The position numbers were made by a program, and so were the translations under genes. Below are positions 24,309-37,521 of a DNA stretch of 64,000 nt, piece after piece. The stretch is from positions 48,112,001-48,176,000 of the forward strand of contig NC_043010.1 of the NCBI RefSeq assembly GCF_006345805.1, in the 5' to 3' direction. This DNA is from Octopus sinensis (Eukaryota). Below the pieces are notes generated by a model that saw only the letters and a program-made list of their open reading frames with translations, searched no databases and was not told the origin of the DNA. Numbering within the stretch: the first letter of the stretch is position 1; the number at the start of each line of letters is the position of its first letter.

Positions 24309-24491
24309 CCTCCTTCTTCCCTTCTTTCCTGAGCGTCCAATAATACTTTATTTGTTCCACGTCCTTGCATTGTTGTTTTTTTGTTCTTGTTTGGATTAAC
24401 TTTATATATATATATATATGTATGTGAACATTCATATGTTTATACATGTATATATTTGAATATATATTTATTTACATTTTTTTTTTTTCAG

Positions 24492-25060
24492 AATCTTCAT
24501 TGTTTCCTTTGACTTTATGGCCTTCAACTTCTGAACCAGTTCAACTTTCAACAAGTTTCACATTGCTTTCATTAGAAACAAGTCAATTACTTTACTGCAC
24601 AGAAATATGCTTTGACAACATGAGTAAAACTCTTGTTTACTCAAGCAGCAGTGTTTTGTGGCCTACTTCCTCATCAAGTTCTTCAATAGATGAGCTGTTG
24701 GCTGATATACAAAATATGAACCAGCGACTTAAAGATAAGGCGAAAACCTTGAAGAAAATCAGCATAGAAGACAACAGAATTTCATCCATCTCAATTGGAA
24801 CATTGGGTATAATCATTATGATATCTATATTTGCACTTGTGGTTGCACTTGATATATTTACACTGAAATGTCGTTGTTCAAAACTAAAAAATAAAAGGAA
24901 ATGCAGTCTGCTTCCTTTCGAAGAGAACCCACAACACAATGATGCTAATAATTTCACTAATATTGGCAAGCCTTCTTCTTTTCATTCGAATAAAACAACT
25001 GACCATGAAAAAGATGATAACACAGAAGGAGAGGAGCTGGAAATTTCTACTAAGTTCTAA
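24492..25060 (+). CDS. CTL-PAN-TM receptor, exon 8 (stalk, transmembrane helix, cytoplasmic tail, stop)
   Basis: Poly-T acceptor; longest non-repetitive ORF in the window; TM segment ISIGTLGIIIMISIFALVVAL followed by basic/Cys KCRCSKLKNKRK; AATAAA at about 25218-25228. Confidence 0.92.
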
Positions 25061-26399
25061 AAATTAAAGGGTCTTTACTGATATTTTATATTGTTATAGG
25101 ACCAGACAGTAAAGGAAAGAAGATCAGATAATTTAATCAATCTCAATTTATATAACTGCTATTTATTATGGCAAAACTCAGTGGAATTTAACTATTGATA
25201 TTACAAAGATGAATGTAAATAAAATAAAACTTGCCTGGTTTTGCTATGCTGTTGTCCTCCTGAGGATAGCTGTCATTTTTTAAAAAAAGTTTTTCTATAG
25301 TCTATAGATTTATTGGAGAAGGCGATGGCTAGATGTTCATATCTTTCTCAAAGGCATTTGCTGCATAATTGAGAGAATTGATTCAACTAGGATCATCACT
25401 ATCACCATTTTGGGAATCAAATTTGAAACAGACTCACAAATTTGATTCCTGAAATCATGATGATGATGATGAGGATAACAAAGAAGAAGTCAGATCTTGG
25501 CTGAAAAAATGTTGAAGAAATTACTGAAAATATTTAATTGCTATTTTATTAACGAGTAGTTTTCACAACTAAATACAAATACCATTAACTATGTGTTGTG
25601 AAAGAAAAATGAAAGAAGCATTAGAAAAATGCATATGTAATATGAGTGACACTAATGTGGCAAAAAATGTTATTTTTTAATGTAATTAAATAACACATTT
25701 TGTTTTTTTACATGCTTTATCATCATAACTATCATCATAATTATTATTATAGTAAAGTAAAGAAATCCAATGTTCAATTCTCTCTCACTTTATCATCATA
25801 ATTATAATTATTCCATGCTGTATGTTACAGTGAAGTTAAGAAACCCAGTTGCTCAATTCTGTTTACTGTTGTTCTAAATCTCAAAAATTCTATCTCTTCA
25901 TTTGTTTAGTTACCCACTATCTTAATCAAATGTTCTGTTGTTTCCTCTACTGTAGCTCTAATTCTCGAAAAGTTCATCTCTCTCCCCCTCAGTTTTGTTA
26001 CCCACAATATTTTCAGTTGCCCAAACTATGTATGTGTCCTTGCTTTCCCATGTTGGTTGTTAATTAACAGCTTTTGTTTTTGTCTGTGGATATGTCAAAT
26101 CACCTTTAGCTAGAGAATAGGGCATCTATAGTCTCTCTAGTCTCTCATCATTCTTGGTGTGCCCTCTCAACCCACCCCTGCCACCTGTACCAGAAGTCTT
26201 TCTCTTCTAACCTCTACCAGAAGCCTTTCTCCTAGCACCTCTAATGGTTGCCTATATGGAATGCCCTCTCCCCTTTCCCTGCCCTCCATCCCTATCTAGT
26301 GTCTTTATTCTGGTAAACATAGTGATTGTGATGCAAATAAAATAAAATGACTGAAATGTATGCAGGTTGAGGTCTGTTTGTATATTTATGATGTCTACC

Positions 26400-26770
26400 A
26401 AATGCACATGCAAGCTTTCTTTTCAGAGGCAAAATGGGGTCCCCCATCCCTGGTCTTACCAGCCCACACCCTCAGAGTTGGCACATTGAAAGGTAGGTCT
26501 GGTGAGATTGTTGAGATGCTTGAATGGAGGCGTGTACATTTGTGATGCATCCAAGAGGTAAGGTGGAGAGGCAGTTCTGCTAGGTTAATCACAGATCTTC
26601 TTGGTAGGGAACAGTGATGGGGTTGCGGGGCATGGGTATACTCCTTGGTGAGAAATGGGTTGATAAAGTAATCGAGGTAGTCAGAGTTTGTGATAGAATA
26701 TTTAAGCTTAGGCTAGTTCTGCAACATGGAATAGCAACCACCATCTTGGCCTATACCCCAGAAAGAGTAA
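26400..26770 (+). mobile_element. RTE-clade LINE, apurinic endonuclease fragment
   Basis: RVGTLKGRSGEIVEMLE.RRV and GILLGEKWVDKVIEVVRVCDRIFKLRLVL. Confidence 0.85.
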
Positions 26771-28065
26771 AGTATCAGAAAAAATTAGATTTTAGTACAT
26801 AACTCCAGATACAGTGATTTGCAGGTATTGTGTGGTGTAACTGTTAATGAAGTTTTTCCCTGTCAAGGAATGAATATGTGGTTCAAATCCTGTCAGAAGT
26901 TTTGTTTCTCTTTTAAATGTTTAATATTTTGTATTGACAATCTTAACTTGTTATTTGCTCATAGTAGGAACAACAGATAATTGAGAAATCTATGAAAACA
27001 CAAACAACATTACTAAGCCATGTGCATGAATATTTGTCATATCCCTTTGTTTCTATCACAAACAGCCACTTAAAAATAAGCCCGCAAACATATTGAGCCA
27101 TAAATCAATACAATAATCTAATAAAGAAAATATACTCTGTAACATAGTTACACTGGGAGATTACTGTAAACCCACTAGTTTATTAAATGATAGAAATATA
27201 AACATAAAGAGACATCAAAAAAAAAAAAATCAATGGATATGTCAACTGGGGTTTTTCTTTCTGTGTTTGCTTTTGTTTTTGTCCTTCCAGTAATCTAGAA
27301 CATTTTGCTTTCAAATCAGGATTTAGCAATCATGTTTAATGGAGAGGGAAAACAAATTAAACATTTGGTTTGTCATAGTTTCTTGCTCGCTTAACTCTGG
27401 CCATTGTAAAATTTTAGAAAGAGAAAAAACAAAAAAATCTGTGATTGTGTTTAAATATGGAAATAAAAACAAGAACAAATATTTATTATGTTTTTCCCCA
27501 TGCCTTAATATCATAGAATCAGTTGTTTGATCTTCCATGATCAAAAATATCCACTGGTTGGTAATCAGCCTTATTGACTGCAGGGAACAAGATAACGGAA
27601 ATTTTATCATTAGTCTCTTATCTTCTATTTGTATTATTAGACTGCAGCCATGCTGGAGCACTCCCATGAAGGTTTTTTTTTTTTTTTTTTTTTTTTGTCA
27701 AACGAATTGATCCCAGTACTTATTCCATCAGTCTCTTTTTGGTGACCTGCTAAATTTGGATGATGAGATATCCATACTTTTATCAGGAGTATTATCAGAG
27801 TAAGTGAAATAGTCACAATTAGAAATCAAATGTATTTTACTAATTTAATTTCTGATGGAAAAAACAAAAAAAAAAATCCCTTATTTGGTAAGGGTAAGTG
27901 ACAGGGAGAGCACCATGCTGTAAGAAAATGATGCCTCAATATATATTCATCTAACCCATGCTAACATAGACAAATGGATGTAAAAATAAACAAATGAATA
28001 AAATGAGTTCATCACCTACGATGCCATATGTTATTTTGCTCACTTCTTTATTGTAGTTTGATTCT

Positions 28066-28445
28066 TTTACTCTTTTACTTGTTTCAGTCATTTGACTGCA
28101 GACATGCTGGAGCACCACCTTTAGTCGAGCAAATCAACCCTCGGACTTATATCTTTGTAAGCCCAGTACTTATTCTATTGGTCTCTTTTGCTGAACTGCT
28201 AAGTTACGGGGATGTCGTAAGCACATCCACATCAGTTGTTAAGCAAAGTTGGTGGGGACAAACATACACACACACACACATATAACGGGCTTCTTTCAGT
28301 TTCCATCTACCAAATCCACTCACAAAGCTTTGGTCGGCCCGAGGCTATAGTAGAAGACACTTGCCCAAGGTGCCATGCAGTGGGACTGAGCCTGAAGCCA
28401 TGTGGTTGGTAAGCAACCACTTAGCACACAGCCACTCCTGCGCCA
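28066..28445 (-). mobile_element. SINE family A copy
   Basis: Reverse copy, paired with the + copy at 28864-29277. Confidence 0.9.
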
Positions 28446-28863
28446 CTGTTACTCCTGCACCACAGGATATCTAATTCTAGGGAGAAATAAATACACTTCC
28501 ATTTAAAATCTACATCTAACTGAAACGAGGATGGCAAATTAGCAGAAATAGCACAATGTCATATTAATTACCTTGCTGTATTTAATTTCAATTCTCTAGG
28601 ATCTACATTTATATCCCTAGATCAATAAAATGAATGTCAGATTCAGTGGTGTTCATTTAATTGACCATAGTGCTACTGGCATTGTGTCTAGTTTTAAAAA
28701 ATTGATATGGATAGGAATTAGTAAAAAAAAAATATATAAAAAGCAAAAAAACAATAGACTACTGTTGCAGTGTTTGTGGGATTTGTGAAGTATTAGTACA
28801 AGATATTAACCTCCAACTTTAGACAACTTCCACATTAATTATATAATAATAATGAATTTATTA

Positions 28864-29277
28864 TAGGTGTAGGAGTGGCTGTGTGGTAAGTAGCTTGCTT
28901 ACCAACCACATGGTACCGGGTTCAGTCCCACTGCGTGGCACCTTGGGCAATTGTCTTCTACTATAGCCTCGGGTCGACCAAAGCCTTGTGAGTGGATTTG
29001 GTAGACGGAAACTGAAAGAAGCCCGTCGTATATATGTATATATATATATATGTATGTATATGTGTGTATATGTTTGTGTGTCTGTATTTGCCCCCACCAA
29101 CATCACTTGACAACCAATGGTGGTGTGTTTACATCCCCGTAACTTAGTGGTTTGGCAAAAGAGACTGATAGAATAAGTACTAGGTTTACAAAGAATAAGT
29201 CCTGGGGTTGATTTGCTCGACTAAAGGCAGTGCACCAGCATGGCCACAATCAAATGACTGAAACAAGTAAAAGAGTA
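28864..29277 (+). mobile_element. SINE family A copy
   Basis: Full-length copy. Confidence 0.9.
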
Positions 29278-30644
29278 GTGCTCAGGAGTATTACAATTCA
29301 TCAGAAAAAGTAACCAAAAACTGCATGAACAGAACATAGAAGTGAATAGTGAATAAGTTTAAAAGAAAAACCAAAAAAGAAATGGAGGTAGGGGGCAACA
29401 GGTGTACTGTTGGTGAATTTCAGGAAGCTGGGCTCCACTGAGTAAATGACAGGGGACCAGGAGTTGTGGCAATTTGCTGTACTTGAGAAGATATATCAAG
29501 CTAAGTAAAATTACTGGCATCCATACATACAGGATTGTCCTTTACAGGTGCTGGTGTCACATAAAATGCGGAGTTGTGCCAGTGCTGTGAAAAGCATCCT
29601 TGCTGGTGGCACATAAAAATCAGCCAGCACACTCTGTCAAGCGGTTGGCATTAGGAAAGGTATCCAGCAGTATGTGGCAAAGCAAATTCTTTTTGCTGAA
29701 CCCTAATTATAATTATACTCATAATTATAAAAAGTAATATATATATATATATGAATTGAGATAGGGGTTGTGAGTGCAACCCATCATGAGATAACATATA
29801 TCCAATATACTGCCAGTAAAGCACCTAATAAATTATGTGAATAGGTATTATCTGGTAGTTGATTATTGATTAAAGTGTATTCCTCCATTTTCTTATTTTA
29901 TATATATATATATATATATCTAAGTGACATGACTATATGTAATTAATCACACATAAACTTACCATACAGTCTTAAAATGCATTGAAAAAGACATAATTTG
30001 AACTTTAATAAGTTGAACAACCAGAGAATTTGGCCCTGTCAGTAAAATATGATTTTTTTTTTCTATGTAAAACTCCTTTAGGCTATAACATGTACTAAAA
30101 TTTATTCAGTAACACTTTTTCCTCCAAAAACCTTTTCTGTATATGAGAATCAGCCAAGTAATATGTGATTTTTTTACCTTTTTCTTTTTGCATAGTGTGA
30201 GTAAAATTCACCTCATGAGAACATATACATATTCGTTTCTACTCTAGGCACAAGGCTCGACATTTTTGGTGAGGGGTGGGGGGCACTCGATTAGATCGAC
30301 TCCAGTACACAACTGGTACTTAATTTATTGACCCCGAAAGGATGAAAGGCAAAGTCAACCTCGGTGGAATTTGAAGTAAGAACTTAAAGATGCTAAGCAT
30401 TTCGCCCGATGTGTTAACATTTTTGCCAGCTCACCGACTTCAAACATACACATATTTTTACAGCAAAACTATTATGTGAAAACTTTTGTTATATGAAAAC
30501 ATATTTTTTATTTTTACTGTTGTATATACATCTATTTACCTCCTACGTTAAGAAATAAAAACTTGTTTTATTCAAATAGATATGGTATGAAAATTTAATG
30601 CATTTTCAATGCTTATTATTTTTTCTTCTTTGTGTGTGTATGTG

Positions 30645-30682
<38 letters not shown>

Positions 30683-31453
30683 ATATTTGTATTATATTGC
30701 TCCTGTGCAGGAGCATAAACATGAAGAAAACACAAAAAAATAGATTTCCTCAAATGCCCAGGAGGTTCCTTCTGTGGTATTAGATGGTTTCTGCTATCTG
30801 AATTCTAAAGAGTTAACTGACCAGCAGATACATATTTCCTCATTGGCTCAGTGAAACAATAGAAACAGAAGGTACTATATAAGTAAGATCAAATCCCAAG
30901 CCACATGGGTGCAAAAGAAAAAAACAAAACACATACATACACAGGGCAATGATTGTTATTATATTATTTTATTAGGAAAATGTACAAAACAATACAGATT
31001 AAGACATTTCCTTTTAACTTCAACTAATGAACCATTTATTTATTGATCAATGCAAACCAACAACAGATTACGAATTGCTGAAAAAAAGTGTATTTCGAAA
31101 CTACAACTTAATTAAGCACAGATACATCTGTATAATTTCATATATATACACACACATACATACATACATACATACATATATATGTACGTACATACATATA
31201 TATATATGGCACGTAAAAAGCACCATCCGTTTGTGGCCGTTGCCAGCCTCGCCTGGCCCCCGTGCCGGTGGCACGTAAAAAGCACCCACTACACTCATGG
31301 AGTGGCTGGCGTTAGGAAGGGCATCCAGCTGTAGAAACACTGCCAGATCAGACTGGAGCCTGGAGCAGCCCCTGGCTCCCCAGACCCCGGTCGAACCGTC
31401 CAACCCGTGCTAGCGCGGAAAACGGACGTTAAACGATGATGATGATGATGATG

Positions 31454-31494
<41 letters not shown>

Positions 31495-31519
31495 CACACA
31501 CATAAAATGTTAATGAAAC

Positions 31520-31562
<43 letters not shown>

Positions 31563-31697
31563 ATGTGTGTATACTTAGATATAATGTATAAATATTAAGG
31601 AAGTTATCTCTATAAATGTGTGTGTGTGTGTGTGTGTGTGCATGTATGAATAAATATATTTATAGTTTCATACATATCCCTTATGCATATGTAAATA

Positions 31698-31729
<32 letters not shown>

Positions 31730-32048
31730 AGAGAACAAAGTGTACGTACTCCGCTACATATATATATATATATATATGCATATATACACACATACATGTA
31801 CATCCTTCATATATATGACGTCAAAAAAATTTTATGAAAATGAGAAAGAAGAACATAAAAAAAACAAATGCATGGAAAACAAGCTTTTTTCGAACAATGA
31901 AAGTAACAAATAGAGAAAGAAGACAGGCAACATAACGAACATTCCCTTCATTGTTGTTAAAAAAAAGTTCGTTTTCCAGGCTTTTGTTTTTTATGTTCTC
32001 GTTTCTCATTTTGTTCATGTTTTTTTTATGTTCTGTACCCATATATTC

Positions 32049-32134
<86 letters not shown>

Positions 32135-32174
32135 ATTGATCAAAATAAAATAAAAACATGATGCGAAGGATTCA

Positions 32175-32252
32175 GCGGTACCTATGATTCGGGCCTTTAT
32201 TAGACAGATTTATAACAATGCATAATGTATGTCTGTGGCCTTCTTCAGCCGC
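32175..32252 (-). ncRNA. Degenerate type-I hammerhead motif with extended stem II
   Basis: GCGG CTGAAGA A GGCC-acagac...tctgt...-GGCCC GAAT C-atag-G TA CCGC; stem I perfect, A15.1 changed to U. Confidence 0.5.
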
Positions 32253-32499
32253 GCACAACAGCTTCCACAAGGACATGTGTTACATAAAAAATTCTTGGTT
32301 GGGGATGCAAATCCTCTCATTCACGTACGACATTATCAAGTACAATTATCAAGTACTCACCCCGAATTTCTATATATATATATATATATATATACATATA
32401 TAAGTAGGCATGTACATGTATGTGTGTATATATGCATATGTATATATATTATTATATTACTATATGATTGAACGCCACACATCCATTTCCAAGTAAGTT

Positions 32500-32559
<60 letters not shown>

Positions 32560-33377
32560 ATATATATATATATTATATATATATATATACATATATATGT
32601 ACACACATATATATATACACACATACATATACATATACATATACATGTACATATACATATACACACACACCCTAATTTAGAATCAATGGAAATTGGACAG
32701 ATTAATCATGCAAACACAATGGAGTGTATGGAGAGACATATATAAGCATACAATATTTTCATAATATTTATAAACAATACCACAATTTTAATCCATGTAT
32801 TTCTCCCAAATATAAAGCAACAGCACAAACAAAATACTAATAAAAATACATTTAGATTATTTCTAGATTTGTGTTTCGTTTTTTTTCTTCCATATATTTT
32901 TTTTGTTTTGGCAGAAATTTGTTTACTTTTCAAATTGTTGAATATTGCTAACTTATATATATATAGGCAGGAAGCCAGATATTTTATGGGTAGAAAAAAA
33001 TTGATTAAACTGTGTAACATAGTTTTTGTCCTTGGGTAGTAACTGTTATTTCATATTTGCATACCCAACCCTCTCAATACATGGCTATGATGCTCCCCCT
33101 CTACTCCTGCACATAATCAAATGCACATATTGTCTGTCACTAGGAGGCATGCTCGAGTGGGTAAGGTCAAATAGACAAGCAAATCTGTGGTATTGAGCAG
33201 AATATTTGCTCTAATGATATTTCTGATTCAGCAATTAGCACTGAATCTGTCTAAAATGTAATGTTAAATATAGGTCAGTTTGAAAACGTTGATGTTTAGG
33301 TCATAAAAGCAAAGTTTGAAGGGAATAGTAGTCATTTCCTTTGATTTCTGGATAGAAGCAAATAGGAAATAACACTT

Positions 33378-34260
33378 ACTCTTTTTACTCTTTCATTTGT
33401 TTCAGTCATTTTGACTGCGGCCATGCTGGAACACTGTTTTTTAGTCGAGCAAATCGACCCCAGGACTTATTCTTTAGAAGCCCAGTACTTATTCTATCGG
33501 TATCTTTTGCCAAACCACTAAGTTACGGGGATGTAAACACACAACCATTGGTTGTCAAGCGATTGTGCGTGGGGGGGGGGGACAAACACATATGCACAGA
33601 CATATACACACACACATACATACATATATATGACGGGCTTCTTTCAGTTTCCGTCTACCAAATCCACTCACAAGGCTTTGGTTGGCCTGAGGCTATAGTA
33701 GAAGACACTTGCCCAAGGTGCCATGCAGTGGTAATGAACCCGGAACCATGTGGTTGGTAAGCAAGCTACTTACCACACAGCCACTTCTGCACCTGTACAA
33801 AAAAATAAATAAATAAAAATGACTGAAACAAATAAAAGAATAAAAGAATATATATATATATTCTTTTACTTGTTTCACTCATTTGACAGTGGCCATGCTG
33901 GAGCACTGCCTTTAATCAAACAAATCGACTCCAAGGCTTATTCTGTGTAAGCCTAGCATTTATTCTATCAGTCTTTTTTGCAGAACCGCTAAGTTATGGG
34001 AACGCAAACATACCAACATAGGTCGGCAAGTGATGGTGGGGGACAAACACAGACGTACAAATACGCACACATATATATATGACAGGCTTCTTTCAGTTAC
34101 CATCTACCAAATCCACTCACAAGGCTTTGGCTGGCCTGAGACTGGCCTTGTCCAAGGTGCCATGCAGTGGGACTGAACCCAAGACCATGTGGTTGGTAAG
34201 CAAGCTTCTTACCACACAGCCACTCCTGCACCTATCCACACTGCCACTCCTGTGCCTATA
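33378..34260 (-). mobile_element. Two tandem SINE family A copies
   Basis: 33378-33795 and 33862-34260, both reverse. Confidence 0.88.
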
Positions 34261-34344
34261 ATATTTCTATAATTCTCAATTTTAATATGTATTTTGAATT
34301 AGCATACAGCAGCAACTGAGACTACATATTGGATTGTAATCATC

Positions 34345-34800
34345 ATCATTCATCATTGTTCGACCGTGGTCGAGACAATGGAATTTACCATGCTACGCCA
34401 GACTTCACGGTCCAACATGGCATTATGGAGGTCCTGTTGCTGGATGCCTGTATCCCTGGAGATTACATCAGGGTAGGAGAGTGTGCACCCTCTGGTATTG
34501 CGGGTAGATGGCTTCCAGAGGAGAAGAGTAGAAATTACCTCTTTTTCAGCTCTACAACAATGTCCAGCAAACTGGACTCTCCTACCTTTCACAAGAGATG
34601 ACACAGGTGGTAGTTTCCCATATATTTGCATTTTGGTTGGATGGTGCTTCCACGAGAGATTTTGAGCTCTCATAAGGAGGTGAGTGTAGGTTCCATCCAA
34701 CCGCCTCTCAAGCTCCTTTGATAGCGTCCAGGTTTCTGAGCCATATAGTAGAATTGGTTCGACTGTGGCTTTGAAGATTTCAAGATTGTAATAATGGAAT
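34345..34800 (-). mobile_element. RTE-type LINE 3' end (second subfamily)
   Basis: KLPPVSSLVKGRRVQFAGHCCRAE...DREVWR; near-identical copy at 63653-63885(-). Confidence 0.85.
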
Positions 34801-35786
34801 AAGCTTCGAGAGAAAGCAGTTGGGATTTATCCTAACACATGTATATATATTATTCACACACACACACACATAAGCACATGCACCTACACACATATATATT
34901 TGAAACAGTTGTCAATCTGACAAAATATATTTTGTGAGATTCACAGTTCTGTGTTGAAAATCTTGACTCTCAGACTTCTTGGTTTGAATTCTTTATCCAT
35001 AGATATATTACCGAAGCACTGTTTTACAACCAGGTGTCCTACTTGTTGTTTATTCTTACCTACTTTTCTAGTGAGGGACATTTTATTCCTGTCGTTGAAA
35101 GTGGAAAATCTGCAGACAATCTGTCGATAGGAAAAAATGATAGCAACACCATTGCTTGTAGCTAAGCAATTTTTGGAAAAGTGCAAATGTAAAGAAACAC
35201 AAATGTACACACACACACACGCTCAGAGGATATACTTCTTTCATTTTCCATCTATAAAATCCATTCACAAGGCTTTGGTAAGCTTGATACTAGAGTAGAA
35301 GATACCTGCCCAAGATGCTGCATAGCAGGGCTGAATCTGAAACCACACAGCTATTCCCGTGTCTTTTAAGTCTTTGATGTGAAGTAGTGTTTTGTGTGAA
35401 TGTACAGGTGCATACATTTGTTGATATTTAGCAGAAGTAACAGAGTGACACAAGGGGTGAGAGTTTGGTGCTTCAGCACTTATCAAACTTGTTTTGAGTA
35501 CTATTTTTCCTGTTTGCATTACCAAACTTTTATACACACACACACACACACAAATAAAGGTTACAAACCTCATTGAGGGATAGAAAAATTCTATGAAAGT
35601 ACTGGTTAGTTACCTACAAAAAGAATGTTGAACATTACAACTAATATTCAGCTGTAAGGTAACTATATAAACCATGGTTTATATATATTTATTCCTTCTA
35701 ATTAGATAAGAAAATAGAGAGATAATTAATAAATTATTAAGCAATAATAAATCTCTGAACAAGGTATAAACAGTTACTGCATGACG

Positions 35787-36729
35787 ATGTGAAGTATATT
35801 TGCCATCTAAAAATGGCTAACCACTAAGGGTGGATATTACTGTAGCTTGTAGCCCCAGGAGAACATCTCCAGCTGGCTATTGATGCACTTTCTGTGTCCT
35901 ATCGGTATTTGCAAAGGGAAGCCGCCCTTCCCATCGTTGACCTACGTCGGTATTTGCAAGCTACAGTAACATCCACCCTTAGTGGTTAGCCATATTTAGA
36001 TGACAAATATACTTCACATTAAAAATGATTTGGAAGTCAAATCTCGCTAGAAGTAGCTTAAGATATACAAAATAGGTGTTCAATTCCTGCATGTTGAGCA
36101 AACAGCTGCAAACCGTTAACTGATAAAATTTATGCATAAAGAACATAGTACAGAACACGGTATAGACCTTAGAAAGAGAGGAAGGTTGTGTACATTGGAG
36201 GAGTTGTAAAATAAGAATAGATCAATATATTCAACTTTCGATATTTATAATAAGCAATAGATTGCCTGGAATATCTTCCAACTGAATTAAATATTAATAA
36301 TAACTATGCACACTCTACATAGCAATTTTCTATTGATTTACTATGGATGGACATAATATCACAATATATGACATTTTTACCAATATATCTACTTGAGATT
36401 TTCTTATACTAAACACTCTAGTTGAATATATTGATCTATTCTTACTTTCCAACTCCAATGTACACAACCTTCTTCTTCTTTCTAAGGTCTATATCATGTT
36501 TTATAATATGTTCTTTATGCATAAATTTTATCAGTTAATGGTTTGCAGCCATTTAGTCAACATGCAGGAATTGAAAACCTATTTTGTATATCTTAAACTA
36601 CCTCTGATGTGTTATGACTTTCAAATAATTTTTGATTTTATTAATAAATTTTCTGAAAGTCTTGAATTGAAACAGCTGTAAGGGATGTTTGTCAATTTTT
36701 TAATTAATAAATAATAATTTATTAATTAC

Positions 36730-36761
<32 letters not shown>

Positions 36762-37420
36762 TATATGTTATAATTTAGAACAAACAGTTAAAGGTTGTCA
36801 TTATAGTACTAGGAGTTTTGAATGTCAGAGCAAAGAGCTATGAAACATTCTCATTGGATATTAATGGCAATAGATGCTATGAAAAACCATTGAAAAAAGG
36901 GGAAGTTACTTCAATAGGTAGACAAATAAAAAAATTTAAAAAATGAAAAATACATGAGATCATATTCTCACAATACATAGACATAAACCTCCTGCATTCA
37001 TGTCTACATATGCACACACACAAACATGTATAAGTACATGCTCACACACACACAAACATATATGTATGTATGAGTACATACATACACACGTGTGGATATG
37101 TGTATATATGAGTACGTACATACATATATGTTTGTGTGTATGTACATGTACGTATACATGTTTGCATGAGTGTGTACATATGTAGACGTTGTGAATGCAG
37201 GAGGTTTATGTCTATGTATTGTGAGAATATGATCACGTGTATTTTTAATTTTTAAAACTTTTTTCTATTAGAGTAACTTTCCTTTTATTCAATGGTTTTT
37301 CACAGCGTCTATTGCCATTAATAGCCAATGAGAATGTATTGTAGCTATTTGCTTTGAAATTCGAAACTCCGAGTACTATAATGATAACCTTATACTGTTT
37401 GTTCTAAATCATAGCATATA
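35787..37420. repeat. Three abutting fold-back inverted repeats
   Basis: Arms 35787-35850/35956-36019, 36021-36235/36421-36650 and 36762-37085/37092-37420. Confidence 0.9.
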
Positions 37421-37480
37421 TAAATAATCCTGTTTCTAATATCGAGGTCTCATTCTTTTGTTGTTACTTTTTATTATATA

Positions 37481-37521
<41 letters not shown>

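Larger units (their letters stand above)
27519..35120 (-). other. Candidate third gene: five phase-compatible exons (35060-35120, 29963-30035, 28572-28616, 27778-27839, 27519-27577)
   Basis: All GT-AG; joined frame is open for about 100 codons to a stop. No recognised homology, and one acceptor is suboptimal. Confidence 0.25.

Noticed and set aside
24637-24969. 110-aa minus-strand ORF
   Set aside because: Antisense shadow of the real TM-coding exon.
30711-30870. Plus-strand exon-like segment with a good acceptor
   Set aside because: Stops in all three frames and no compatible neighbours.
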